Under the pieces are notes generated by a model. It had not been told where the DNA came from. It ran no database searches and was given only the letters and a program-made list of their open reading frames with translations. Source: Heterodontus francisci (lineage: Eukaryota). From it: DNA of 64,000 nucleotides. Positions 38,601-51,170 of this stretch are shown in pieces. A program made the translations under genes and the position numbers. The DNA lies in contig NC_090374.1 in NCBI RefSeq assembly GCF_036365525.1, positions 174,654,924-174,718,923 on the forward strand. The letters run 5' to 3'. Within the stretch, counting starts at the first letter, position 1; each line of letters opens with the position of its first letter.

Positions 38601-41110
38601 GCATTGCGCATGTCCTGTGGTACTGCTCCCTCGTCCCAGCACAGGCAAAGCAGTTCGTAGAGTACTGACAGTATAGCAGGCTTAGCGCTCTTGATTATTT
38701 TAGGGGTAATGCCATCCTTCCCAGGGGCTTTTCCGCTGGCTAGGGAATCAATGGCATCACTGAGTTCCGATTTGGTTGGCTGTACGTCCAGCTCATCCAT
38801 GACTGGCAGAGACTGGGCTGCATTGAGGGCGGTCTCAGTGACAACATTCTCCCTGGAGTACAGTTCTAGGTAGTGCTCAACCCAGCGGTCCATTTGCTTG
38901 CGTTGGTCAGTGATCGTGTCCTCTGATTTAGATTTGAGGGGGGCGATCTTCTTGATGGTTGACCCAAAAGCTCTCTTAATGCCATCATACATTCCTCTGA
39001 TGTTTCCGGTGTCTGAGGCCAGCTGAATATTACTGCATAGGTGTTGCCAGTAGTCATTTGCGCAGCGCCTGGCTGTTCTTCGTGCAGCACTTCTGGCTGC
39101 TTTAAGTGCTACAGATGTTAACTCGCTGGGGGCTTTCTTGTAGTTCAGCAGTGTAATGCGCTTAGCGGCTGTGATAGGTTCCAGCTCTTCAAAATGAGAT
39201 TGAAACCAGTCTGCATTCTGCTTCACACGTTTGCCATCGGTGGTCATTGCTGAGTCATAGATGGCGTCTCTGATGTGGGCCCACTTGGTCTCTGCATCCC
39301 CTGTGGGAGTGTTTTGAAGGGCTGTTACAAGTGAATTTAGAAACCTATGTAACAGCTGTGGATAAGAGATTCTGCTTGTGTTGATGCGCGGAATGATGCA
39401 GCTTCTTTGGTTTGAGTCTAACCTTGCTGCACACCAGGGAGTGGCTGGTGTCGCAGTCCGCACTGTGGAAGCTGCGTGTGATTTGAACACTGTTTAAGGA
39501 GGCTCGCCTTGTGACGATGAGGTCCAGCTGGTGCCAACGACGTGATCTTGGGTGCCTCCAAGAAACCTAGTGACAGGGTTTAGTGTGAAAGAACGAGTTG
39601 GTGATGCAGAGGTTATGATAGGTACACAACTCAAGCAGTCTCTGTCCATTCTCATTCATGCTTCCAATGCCATAGTGCCCAAGGCAGGAGGGCCATAAGT
39701 CATGGTCGGCCCCAACCTTGGCATTAAAGTCCCCCAGCAGGAACAAATGTTCGGTATTGGGGATGCTACTAATGATATTATGAAGTTCCTCGTAGAACTG
39801 GTCTTCAACTTCAGATCGGGAGCAGAGTGTTGGAGCATAGATGCTGAGTAGGTGTACAGGACCAGAGGCGGTGAGCAGTCGGATGGACAGTATGCGTTCC
39901 GAGCCATTTGAAGGTGGCTCTATCATGCTGAGCAAAGAGTTTCTGATGGCGAAGCCCACTCCATGCTGTCTTGGTTCTTCAGGATCCCTACCCTGCTAGA
40001 AGAAGGTGTAGTCTTGCTCTGTTAGAGATCCGCTCGCAGGGAGGTGTGTCTCCTGAAGTGCTGCAATGTCCACATTGAGTCTACTGAGCTCGTTGTTAAT
40101 GATGGCGGTCTTCTGAGAATTGTTGATTTGTGTAAGGTCTTCTGACAGGCCAGGACACATAGATCTGACGTTCCAGCTTGCAAAACTTCTTTCCTTTTTT
40201 GTGCTGTTTGGTGCGGTGTTGCAAAACACTCCCACAGGGGGATGCAGAGACCAAGTGGGCCCACATCAGAGACGCCATCTATGAGTCAGCTATGACCACC
40301 TATGGCAAATGTGTGAAGCGGAATGTAGACAGGTTTCAAATCTCATTTTGAAGAGCTGGAACCTGTCATAGCCGCTAAGCGCATTGCACTGCTGAACTAC
40401 AAAAAAGCCCCCAACGAGTTAAAATCCGTAGAACTTAAAGCAGCCAGAAGCGCTGCACAAATTGAAATTGAACTGGAGCAGCCACATAAATACTGTGGCT
40501 ACAAGTGCAGATCAGAGGTTGGGAATCCTGCGCTGAGTAACCCACCTCCTGAATCCCCAAAGCCTGTCCCCCATCTACAAGGCACAAGTCAGGAGTGTGA
40601 TGGAATACTCTCCACTTGCCTTGATGAGTGCAGCTCCAATAACATTCAGGAAGATTGACACCATTCAAGACAAAGCAGCCTGCTTGACTGACACCCCATC
40701 TGTGACCTTAAACGGTCACTCCCTCCACCATTGATGCACAGTGGCGGCAGTGTGCACCATCTACAAAATGCACTGCAGCAACTCACCAAGGCTCCTTCAA
40801 CAGCACTTTCCAAACCTGCAACCTCTTCCACCTAGCAGGACAAGAGCAGTAGACGCATTGGGAACACCACCATCTGTAAGTTCCCCTCCAAGACACATAC
40901 CATCCTGACTTGGAAACATATCACCATTCCTTCACTGTTGCTGGATCAAAATCCTGGAACTCCATCCCTAACAGCACTGTGGGTGTACCTGCACCAGATG
41001 GACTGCAGCAGTTCAAGAAGGCAGCTCACCACCACCTTCTCAAGGACAGATAGGGATGGGTAACAAATGCAGGCCTTGCCAAATATGCCCACATCCCATG
41101 AAACGAACAA
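35695..41110 (+). mobile_element. Second CR1-group LINE family (RT region and 3' end), split by the RTE at 36997-40463
   Basis: NPANYCPISLLS, QFGF, GVPQGSVLGPTIFSCFINDLP; resumes at 40464; tail agggatggg..aaatgc.ggccttgcc..gcccacatccc. Confidence 0.85.
36997..40463 (-). mobile_element. RTE-clade LINE, nearly the whole ORF (APE + RT + C2H2), disrupted; 16-bp TSD; inverted extra segment at the 5' end
   Basis: ASWNVR, ALQET, YAPT, GDFNA (APE); FIDLTKAFD, LFADD (RT). TSD GAAATTGAACTGGAGC at 36981-36996 and 40464-40479. Confidence 0.95.
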
Positions 41111-41625
41111 AAACACAACTGCATGGACCTCTGCAACATTGGCTGTTGGAATAAAGTGACTTTATTGGGAAATGCAAATAATCAGCTGTATCTCAAATTT
41201 TATTCCAAGTGGGATAGAATTGTAATGAATTGGTGGCTGCAATAAAGTTGAGGGTTTAAAAATTTGATAGCGCCGTGCCAGTTTCACAGAGGATAAATTG
41301 GGGCCTAAGCCTCCAATATGGCAGATAGGAAGGGTACTCTCATTTTGAGCCAGAATTATGTCATCTGCCATATTTGGTTAAGGCAAAAAAAAAGGCATTC
41401 AGGGTCCACACCTGAAAGAGGCCTTACAGCCATTGTAATATTCAAATAAGGGACCTACTGCCTGTTCGCTGCCCTCTCTGACACATTGCTTTGCCTGGAG
41501 GCAGCTAGCACCAGGCAACCAGATCTACAAGTCACTTGATCAGGCAGGTGGGGCGAGGGGACCTCATGGTCCGCTGCCATCATTGTTTCCCCAAACTTAT
41601 GAGCTCGATACTCCCAGTGCCCTCC

Positions 41626-44600
41626 ACTAGCCAGCAGAAAGCCCCTGGGAAGGACGGCATTACCTCTGAAATCATCAGGAGTGCCAAGCCTGCTATACTT
41701 TCAGCTCTGCACGAACTGCTTTGCCTGTGCTGGGACGAGGGCGCAGTACTACAGGACATGCGCGATGCCAATATCATCACCCTTTATAAGAACAAGGGTG
41801 ACTACGGTGACTGCAACAACAACCGTGGAATCTCCCTGCTCAGCATAGTGGGGAAAGTCTTCGCTCGTGTCGCTTTAAACAGGCTCGAGAAGCTGGCCGA
41901 GCTCGTCTATCCTGAGACACAGTGTGGCTTTCGTGCAGAGAGATCGACCATAGACATGCTGTTCTCCCTTCGCCAGCTGCAGGAGAAATGCCGTGAATAA
42001 CAGATGCCCCTCTACGTTGCTTTCATTGATCTCACCAAAGCCTTTGACCTCGTCAGCAGACGTGGTCTCGTCAGACTACTAGCAAAGATCGGATGTCCAC
42101 CAAAGCTACTAAGTATCCTCACCTCATTCCATGACAGTATGAAAGGCACAATTCAGCATAGCGGCGCCTCATCAGACCCCTTTCCAATCCTGAGTGACGT
42201 GAAACAGTGCTGTGTTCTCGCATCTACACTGTTTGGGATTTTCTTCTCCCTGCTGCTCTCACATGCGTTCAAGCCCTCAGAAGAAGGAGTTTTCCTCCAC
42301 AAAAGATCAGGTGGAAGGTTGTTCAACCTTGCCCATCTAAAAGCGAAGACCAAAGTACGGAAAGTCCTCATCAGGGAACTCCTCTTTGCTGAAGATGCTG
42401 CATTAACATCTCACACTGAAGAGTGTCTGCAGAGACTCATCGACAGGTTTGCGGCTGCCTGCAATGAATTTGGCCTAACCATCAGCCTCAAAAAAACGAA
42501 CATCATGGGACAGGACGTCAGAAATGCCCCATCTATCAATATCGGCGACCACACTCTGGAAGTGGTTCAAGAGTTCACCTACCTCGGCTCAACTATCACC
42601 AGTAACCTGTCTCTCGATGCAGAATTAAACAAGCGCATGGGAAAGGCTTCCTCTGCTATGTCCAGACTGGCCAAGAGAGTGTGGGAAAATGGCGCACTGA
42701 CACAGAACACAAAAGTCCAAGTGCATCAAGCCTGTGTCCTCAGTACCTTGCTCTATGGCAGCGAGGCCTGGACAACGTACAAAGAACAAAGAGAACAAAG
42801 AACAAAGAACAGTACAGCACAGGAACAGGCCATTCGGCCCTCCAAGCCTGCGCCGATCTTGATGCCCGCCTAAACTAAAACCTTCTGCACTTCCGGGGAC
42901 CGTATCCCTCTATTCCCATCCTATTCATGTATTTGTCAAGATGTTTCTTAAACGTCGCTATCGTACCTGCTTCCACCACCTCCCCCGGCAGCAAGTTCCA
43001 GGCACTCACCACCCTCTGTGTAAAGAACGTGCCTCGCACATCCCCTCTAAACTTTGCCCCTCGCACCTTAAACCTATGTCCCCTAGTAACCGACTCTTCC
43101 ACCCTGGGAAAAAGCTTCTGACTATCCACTCTGTCCATGCCGCTCATAACTTTGTAAACCTCTATCATGTCGCCACTCCACCTCCGTCGTTCCAGTGAAA
43201 ACAATCCTAGTTTATCCAACCTCTCCTCATAGCAAATGCCCTCCAGACCAGGCAACATCCTGGTAAACCTCTTCTGTACCCTCTCCAAAGCCTCCATGTC
43301 CTTCTGGTAGTGTGGCAACCAGAATTGCACGCAATATTCTAAGTGTGGCCTAACTAAAGTTCTGTACAGCTGCAGCATGACTTGCCAATTTTTATACTCT
43401 ATGCCCCAACCGATGAAGGCAAGCATGCTGTATGCCTTCTTGACTACCTTATCCACCTGCATTGCCACTTTCAGTGATCTGTGGACCTGTACTCCCAGAT
43501 CTCTCTGCCTGTCAGTACTCCTAAGGGTTCTGCCATTTACTGTATACTTCCCACCTGCATTAGACCTTCCAAAATGCATTACCTCACATTTGTCCGGATT
43601 AAACTCCATCTGCCATTTCTCTGCCCAAGTCTCGAACCGATCTATATCCTGCTGTATCCTCTGACAATCCTCACCACTATCCGCAACTCCACCAACCTTT
43701 GTGTCGTCCGCAAACATACTAATCAGACCAGCTACATTTTCCTCCAAACAATTTATATATACTACAAAGAGCAAAGGTCCCAGCACTGATCCCTGCGGAA
43801 CACCACTAGTCACATCCCTCCATTCAGAAAAGCACCCTTCCACTGCTACCCTCTGTCTTCTATGACTGAGCCAGTTCTGTATCCATCTTGCCAGCTCACC
43901 TCTGGTCCCGTGTGACTTCACCTTTTGTACCAGTCTGCCATGAGGGATCTTGTCAAAGGCTTTACTGAAGTCCATATAGATAACATCCACTGCCCTTCCT
44001 TCAACAATCATCTCTGTCACTTCCTCAGAAAACTCAAATTAGTGAGACACGACCTCCCCTTCACAAAACCATGCTGCCTCTCGCTAATAAGTTTGTTTGT
44101 TTCCAAATGGGAGTAAATCCTGTCCCGAAGAATCCTCTCTAATAATTTCCCTACCACTGACCTAAGGCTCACTGGCCTATAATTTCCTGGATTATCCTTG
44201 TTACCCTTCTTAAACAAAGGAACAACATTGGCTATTCTCCAGTCCTCTGGGACCTCACCTGTAGCCAATGAGGATGCAAAGATTTCTGTCAAGGTTCCAG
44301 CAATTTCTTCCCTTGCCTCCCTCAGTATTCTGGGGTAGTTCCCATCAAGCCCTGGGGACTTATCTACCTTAATGCTTTGCAAGACACCCAACACCACCTC
44401 CTTTTTGACAATGAGATGACTGAGAGTATCTAGACCATCTTCCCTCGGCTCATCATCCACCAAGTACTTCTCTTTGGTGAATACTTTTGCAAAGTACTCA
44501 TTTAGTACCTCGCTCATTTCCTCTGGCTCCACACATAGATTACCATCTCTGTCCTTGAGTGGGCCAACCCTTTCCCTGGTTACCCTCTTGCTCTTTACAT

Positions 44601-45375
44601 AAGTATAAAAAGCCTTGGGATTTTCCTTAATCCTGTTTGCCAATGACTTTTCATGACCCCTTTTAGCCTTCCTGACTCCTTGCGTAAGTTCCTTCCTACT
44701 GTCTTTATATTCCTCAAGGGATTCGTCTGTTCCTAGCCTTCCAGCCCTTACGAATGCTTCCTTTTTCTAGACGTCAGCCAAGAGCGACGTCTCAGTTCAT
44801 TCCATCTTCGCTGCCTCCGGAGAATCCTTGGCATCAGGTGGCAGGACCGTATCTCCAACACAGAAATCCTCGAGGCGGCCAACATCTCCAGCAAATACAC
44901 CCTACTGAGCCAGCGGCGCCTGAGATGTCTTGGCCATGTGAGCCGCATGGAAGGTGGCAGGATCCCCAAGGACACATTGTACAGTGAGCTCGTCACTGGT
45001 ACCAGACCCACCGGCTGTCCATGGCTCCGCTTTAAAGACGTCTGCAAACGCGACATGAAGTCCTGTGACATTGATCACAAGTCGTGGGAGTCAGTTGCCA
45101 GCGATTGCCAGAGCTGGCGGGCAACCATAAAGGCAGGGCTAAAGCATGGCGAGTCGAAGAGACTTAGCAGTTGGCAGGAAAAAAGACAGAAGCGCAAGGA
45201 GAGAACCAAATGTGTAACAGCCCCGACAACCAATTTTATCTGCAGCACCTGTGGAAGAGTCTGTCACTCTAGAATTGGCCTTTATAGCCACTCCAGGCGC
45301 TGCTACACAAACCACTGACCACCTACAGGCGCTTACCCATTGTCTCTCGAGACAAGGTGGCCAAAGAAGAAGAAG
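41626..45375 (+). mobile_element. RTE-clade LINE, 5'-truncated, interrupted by a CR1
   Basis: RT ORF pieces 41536-42780; continues at 44771 (acgtcagccaagag); (GAA)n tail. Confidence 0.95.
42781..44770 (-). mobile_element. CR1 LINE (HER1-like), 5'-truncated, inserted in RTE; RT ORF 42875-44020 open
   Basis: YMDFSKAFD, SGVPQGSVLGP, FADD; (TTCTTTG)n tail at 42781-42810. Confidence 0.95.
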
Positions 45376-46024
45376 TGCACGAGTACAGCAACTTCAAGAA
45401 ACTCACGGAGAGGATGAGGGTGAGATGCGACTTTTGCAAGGCTAACAGCGGAATGGCGTAAATCATCCAGCAACTTGTGTCAATTCACAAGTATCTCTCC
45501 CTAGCCACAAGTCGCAGAACAATTTACACATTAATAACTGCAAGTGACATTAAGCTCCCTATTACTTTGGCAGCAAATTCTGGCCCATTGGTTTCTTCAT
45601 GCAAGGAAAATGAACCTTTGCTGTTACAACCACTTAGATTAATGGTTCATTTTACATCCTCTTAGGACTTGAATAGTCATAAATAACAAGATTTTGGTGC
45701 TACCTATTTTGAGAAGTGACATGTTACTTCTTATATTATTATCCGACTGTTCTTTTGAATTTCAACTTCATGACTGTCTGTGCAATAAAATATAATAATG
45801 ACCCACGGGATAGAGTCTTAAAAGAATCTGCCCATTTCCTAGTGAATGGCACTGGTGAGTATTGTCTACTCTCACACTAGGGCTTTCTACATCTCGGGAT
45901 TATTCTATTCATTTTGATACAATTCTATTTTCAGTTAACATTTAACAACAGAATTTCAGCTCCTTACACTGACAATTTGAATTCAGTCTTTTCTGATTTG
46001 TCCTAATAGCTTGGATTCATATGA

Positions 46025-47275
46025 AAAGGTTAGCCTTTATAACTAGAGGGCGCGAATATAAAGGGGAGGCAGTTTTACTACAGCTGCACAAAGTGCTGGT
46101 TTGATAATATCTGGAATACTGAGTACAGTTCTGGGAACCACATCCTAGAAAGGATAACTTGTTTATCCAGAGAATAGTTAGAATGTGGAACAAGCTACCA
46201 TAGGGAGTGTTTGAGGTGAATAGCATAGATGTATTTAAGGGGAAGTTAAAAAAAAATTAAGGGGAAGTTAGATAAATGCATGAGGGAGAAAAGGATAGAA
46301 GGATATGCTGATAGGGTGAGATCACCGAATCACAGAATTATTACAGCACAAGAGGCCATTCGCCCGTCGTGTCTGCGCTGCGCTGGCTCTCCGAAAGAGC
46401 AGTTTACCTAGTGCACTCCCCTGACTTACCCCTGCACATTCTTCCTTTTCAGATAACAATACAATTCCCTCTTGAATGCCTCGATTGAACCTGCCTCCAC
46501 CACACTCTCCGGTAGTGCATTCCAGATCCCAACCACTCGCTGCGTGAAAAAGTTTTTCCTCAGGTTGCTATTGCTCTTTTTGCCAATTACCTTAATTCTG
46601 TGCACTCTTGTTCTCGATCCCTCCACCAATGGGAATGGTTTCTCCCTATCTACCCCATCTGGACCCCTGTTGAGATGAAGAGGAGTGGGAGAAGGATCAT
46701 GTAAAGCATAAACACTGCCATAGTCTTGTTGGGCCGAATGGCCTGCTCCTGTGTTGTAAACTGTAATTGTAATACTAGGCTTGAAAGAAATGCAGCACAG
46801 ATTCAACAGAATGTTACCAATACTCAAGCATTAGAGTATGAGGAGAGATTACATAAAGTGGATTTACATTCCCTGGAGAATAGAGAAGATTAAGGGGTGT
46901 TTTGATTGAGGTTTTTAGGTCCGTGAGAGGATTTCATAGGATAGATGGAGAGAAACTTTTTCCGTTGGTGGAGGAAGTCTCGGACAAGGGGACAAAACCT
47001 TCAAATCAGAGGCAGGTCATTCAGGAGAGAAATTGGGAAACACATCTTCACATAAAGGGTAGTAGAATTGTGGACTCTCCCACAAAACACAATAGATGCT
47101 CCCTCAATTAATCATTTTAAATCTAAGATCAAAAGATTTTTTCTAGACAAGGGTATAAATGGTTATGGAACCAAGGCAGGTGAATGTAACTAAGATGCAG
47201 ATCGACCATGATCTTATTGAATGGTGGTGGAAAAGGCTCAAGGGGCTGAATGGCCTCCTCCTGTTCCTATGTTTC
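46025..47275 (+). mobile_element. Triple-nested CR1 fragments (outer +; middle + ~46160-46770; inner - 46323-46670 with TSD TGAGAT)
   Basis: Outer CR1 reading frame breaks at ..aaggataa and resumes ~46772; tgagat flanks the inner copy (46317-46322 / 46671-46676). Confidence 0.7.
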
Positions 47276-47330
47276 TACGCGAGCAAAACAGGATCAAAAC
47301 TGTTATCAGTACTCATCCCAATTCTCCTGC

Positions 47331-48295
47331 AGAACCAGAGGTGACATGAGGGAAAACATAGTACACATTGAGCTGAGGGATGGGAAGTCTAGTCTTTGCA
47401 CTGGCCAAGTGGATGGAAAATGGTCTGCTTTGGTACTGTACACTCCTGTGTTCCTAAGGACACTGGGAAATATTGATGGGGCAGACATCTAGTGATACCT
47501 CATGGGTAACACGTGTGTCCCAGAGCTTGCCTGATGGCCTTGAGGAGTCAGGGAGGAATTTTCCAGTCTTTCTTCCAGAAATTTGCCCAAGGGAGTTAAA
47601 AAGAAAAAGAAAAAGAAAAGACTTACATTTATATAAGTGTCTTTTATGACCACAGGACATCCCAAAGTGCCCTCCATTCCCTCCAGTCACAAGAAACTTT
47701 TGGGACAGGCTAAAATCAGATTTAAGTCTGCCCTCTCAGGTAGGCATAAAAGATCCCAGGGCACTATTTCAAGGAAGAGCAGGGGAATTCTCCCTGGTGT
47801 CCTGCCCCATATTTATCCCTCAATCAATATCACAAAAACAGATTATCTGATTGTTATCACATTGTTGTTTGTGGGAGCTTGCTGTGTGCAAATTGGCTGC
47901 TGCATTTCCTAAATTACAACAATGACTATACTTCAAAAAGTACTTCATTGGCTGTAAAACACTTTGGGAATGTCCTGTGGTCATAAAAGACGCTTATATA
48001 ATGTAAGTCTTTTCTTTCTTTTTCTTTTTAACTCCCATGGGCAAATTTCTGGAAGAAAGACTGGAAAATTCCTCCCTGACTCCTCAAGGCCATCAGGCAA
48101 GCTCTGGGAAACATGTGTTACCCATGAAGTATCACTAGATGTCTGCCCCATCAATATTTCCCAGTGTCCTTAGGAACACAGGAGTGTACATATCAAAGCA
48201 GACCATTTTCCATCCACTTGGCCAGTGCAAACACTAGACTTCCCATCCCTCAGCTCAATGTGTACTATGTTTTCTCTCATGTCACTTCTGGTTCT
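47331..48295. repeat. Inverted duplication: arms 47331-47669 and 47960-48295, ~290-bp spacer
   Basis: The arms are reverse complements with only scattered mismatches; the ORF track gives near-identical peptides on opposite strands (47454-47690 - and 47964-48173 +). Confidence 0.97.
47690..48020 (+). mobile_element. Deu-domain SINE (core and tail)
   Basis: Deu core in the spacer; its tail continues into the right arm. Confidence 0.8.
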
Positions 48296-48619
48296 TTTGC
48301 CAATCACTTAAATTCTGCGTCCTCTGGTTACTGATGCTCCTGCCCCTAGAAACAGTTTCTCGCTGTTTCTCTTTAACATCCCTATCTGTCAAAAATCTTG
48401 CTAATCAACTTTTTGAAATTTCTAACATCCTACGACCTTTGCACTGCCTCCCTCAGTTGGTCAGTCCTCATATTCATCACCCATCACATGCAGAAGCCAC
48501 ACTTGTGAGAACTGGGAATTCACCTTTTCTTGCCTAAGTTTGAATCTGTGTCCCCTTTGTTGCACTGGTCAACACCACTCTAGAATTCAGTTTAAGATCG
48601 TAAACACCTCAATGCAGAA

Positions 48620-49535
48620 ATGACTTAGATGTTGAGATAGAAAGCCACATATCCAAATTTGATGATGACATAAAGAAAGGCAGCGTAGATGGAAGCATAA
48701 CATTATAAAGTGATATTGATAGATTATGAGAATGGGCGAAACTGTGGCAAATCGGTTTCAATGCAGGCAAATGTGAAATCATCCACTTTGGACCTAAAAA
48801 GGATAGAACAGGGTATTTTCTAAATGGTGAAAAGCTAGAAACAGTGGAGGTCCAAACAGACTTGGGGGTCCTGGTACATAGATCATTAAAATGTCATGAA
48901 CAGATATAGAAAATAATCAAAAAGAATGTTGGCCTTATCTAGAAGAATACAATGGGGCAGAAATCATGCTTCAGCTATACAAAGCCCTGGTTAGACCACA
49001 CCTGGAGTACTGGGAGCAGTTTTTGGTACCACACCATAGGAAGGATGTACTGGCCTCGGAAGGAGTGCGGCGTAGGTTTACCAGAATGATACCTGGACTC
49101 CAAGGTTCAATTTATGATGAGAGACTACACCGATTAGGGTTGCATTCCCTGGAATTTAGAACGTTAAGGAGTGATATGATTGAAGTTTTCAAGATATTCA
49201 AGAGGACAGACAGGGTAGTTCGAGAGAATCTAATTCCACTGGTTGGAATGTCTAGGACTAGGGGACATAAGTTTAAAAATTAGAGCTAGAACTTTCAGGA
49301 GTGAAACTAGGAAACACTTCTACATGTATAAGTTTGCAACTCTCTTCCACAAAATGGCAATTGATGTTAAATCAAGTGTCAATTTTAATCTGAGATTGGC
49401 AGATTTTTGTTAACCAAATGTATTAGGGGATATGGGGCAAAGGGGGGTATACGGAGTTAGGTCGCAGATCAGCCATGATTTCACTGAATGGTGATACAGG
49501 CTCAAGGGGTTAAACGGCCTCCTCCTGTTCCTATG
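48620..49535 (+). mobile_element. CR1 LINE RT/3' fragment
   Basis: KFDDD.K, LYKALVRPHLEY; CR1 tail. Confidence 0.85.
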
Positions 49536-50711
49536 TTGCATCTAAGCAGCTTTCTTTTCCTAATCTTTCCTCTACATATCCCTATCTAAAATCAGACTTG
49601 TAACTTTAGACTTTGATGGCCAATCGGGAGGTTGAGGGTGAGCTCCTGTTTTCACAAGGGTAATGGCAGGGCGGTGCAAATCGTCCAGCGACGTATGATG
49701 ATTCGCATCTCATGGTGCATCTCCTCCTCGCTACAACTGGCTGTGTTTTTAACACTCTAATAATGGTGGGCACATTATACTTGCCATTACGGGCCATCGG
49801 CTGAAGGCTAAATCCAAAAAAAGGCACCTCTAACAGCGCAGCACTCTCTCAGTATTGCACTGGGAGTGCCAGCCTAGATTTTTTTTACTTATGGTTCTGG
49901 AGTGGGATTCGAAATCACAATGTTCCAACTCAGAGTAGTGTATGCTAGAAATAGAGAATTCTTCTGCTCTAACATCCAGTAAGAAATATGAAAAACTATA
50001 CACATTATTAAACTACCACAAACAGGATAATATAGTCATTATGACTAATATAATGGACACCAGCTATTGAACATGCTTATATATGGAAATACTCAAATAA
50101 AGGGATTGCCTGCCTGAACATGCACTTAAACAAAGCAACGCTGCTTTACAGAACCTTGTGAATAAATTCTCTTGTGACTTACCCAATCTAAAAGAAAACA
50201 TTTTGCTAGTGCAGAGACACTTCTGTCTGAAAGCCTTCTCTGCCTCGGTTGGCTCTGGCTGTCAGCTGACTCCACTCTAACCCAACTGATTTTGTACATG
50301 GGCACACAATCAGGAAAGTGCCAAGATGTTGCATTATTTTAATTCCCATTTAACAAGATAAATTACAGTTTCTACAGTAATTAGACTGGATTTATTACAT
50401 TAACACTTCGTCAAGCTAAAATTGATCTAACATTAGATTAGATGCAAGATCAATCAAGTGGATTTTGTGGTCATTTCCTGATATTGTGTAACTACATAAT
50501 CAGATATTTGTTGCACCTGTTGGTTTGCTGTGTAGGCCTACTGTTTATCCACATTCAAGGGAATTAAATTATTTACCAGCATTTGGGAGCGATTCATCCC
50601 TTAGCTCTTCGATGCAGCTAGACTCAATGTGCTGGCTACAGCCTAGAACAATTCTGATGACAAGAACTTGATGCTTGCAGGCAATTTCATAGCTGGATTC
50701 CTTCCAAATGA

Positions 50712-51170
50712 GAAAGAAAGACTTCCATTTCTATAGCACCTTACACAACCTCAAGATGTCCCAAAGCACTTTACAACCAATGAAGTACTTCTGAAGTATA
50801 TTCACTGTTGTAATGCAGGAAAAGCAGCAGCCATTTTGTATACAGCAAGCTCCCACAAACAGCAATGTGATAATGACCAGATAATCTGTCTTTCAGTGAT
50901 ATTGGTGAAGGAATAAATATTGGGCCAGGGCATGGGGGAGAAGTCCTTTGCTCTTCTTCAAAGTAGTAACTACATGATCCTTTATGTCCACCTGAGAGGA
51001 CAGACCGCCTTGGTTTAACATCTTACATGAAAGACGGCACCTCCAACAGTGCAGCACTCCTTCAGTACTGCACCAGGAATGTCATCTTAGATTATGTGCT
51101 TGAGTCTCTGGAGCAGGACTTGAAACCACAACTATCTGTCTCAGAGAAACAGGAGCTACCCACTGAGTTA
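50712..51170 (-). mobile_element. Deu-domain SINE
   Basis: Tail, core and head motifs. Confidence 0.8.

Noticed and set aside
42004-42873. RTE ORF running into novel C-terminal residues as a chimeric protein
   Set aside because: Simple read-through into the antisense CR1 tail. The upstream ORF has a stop and the catalytic ADD is mutated to AED.
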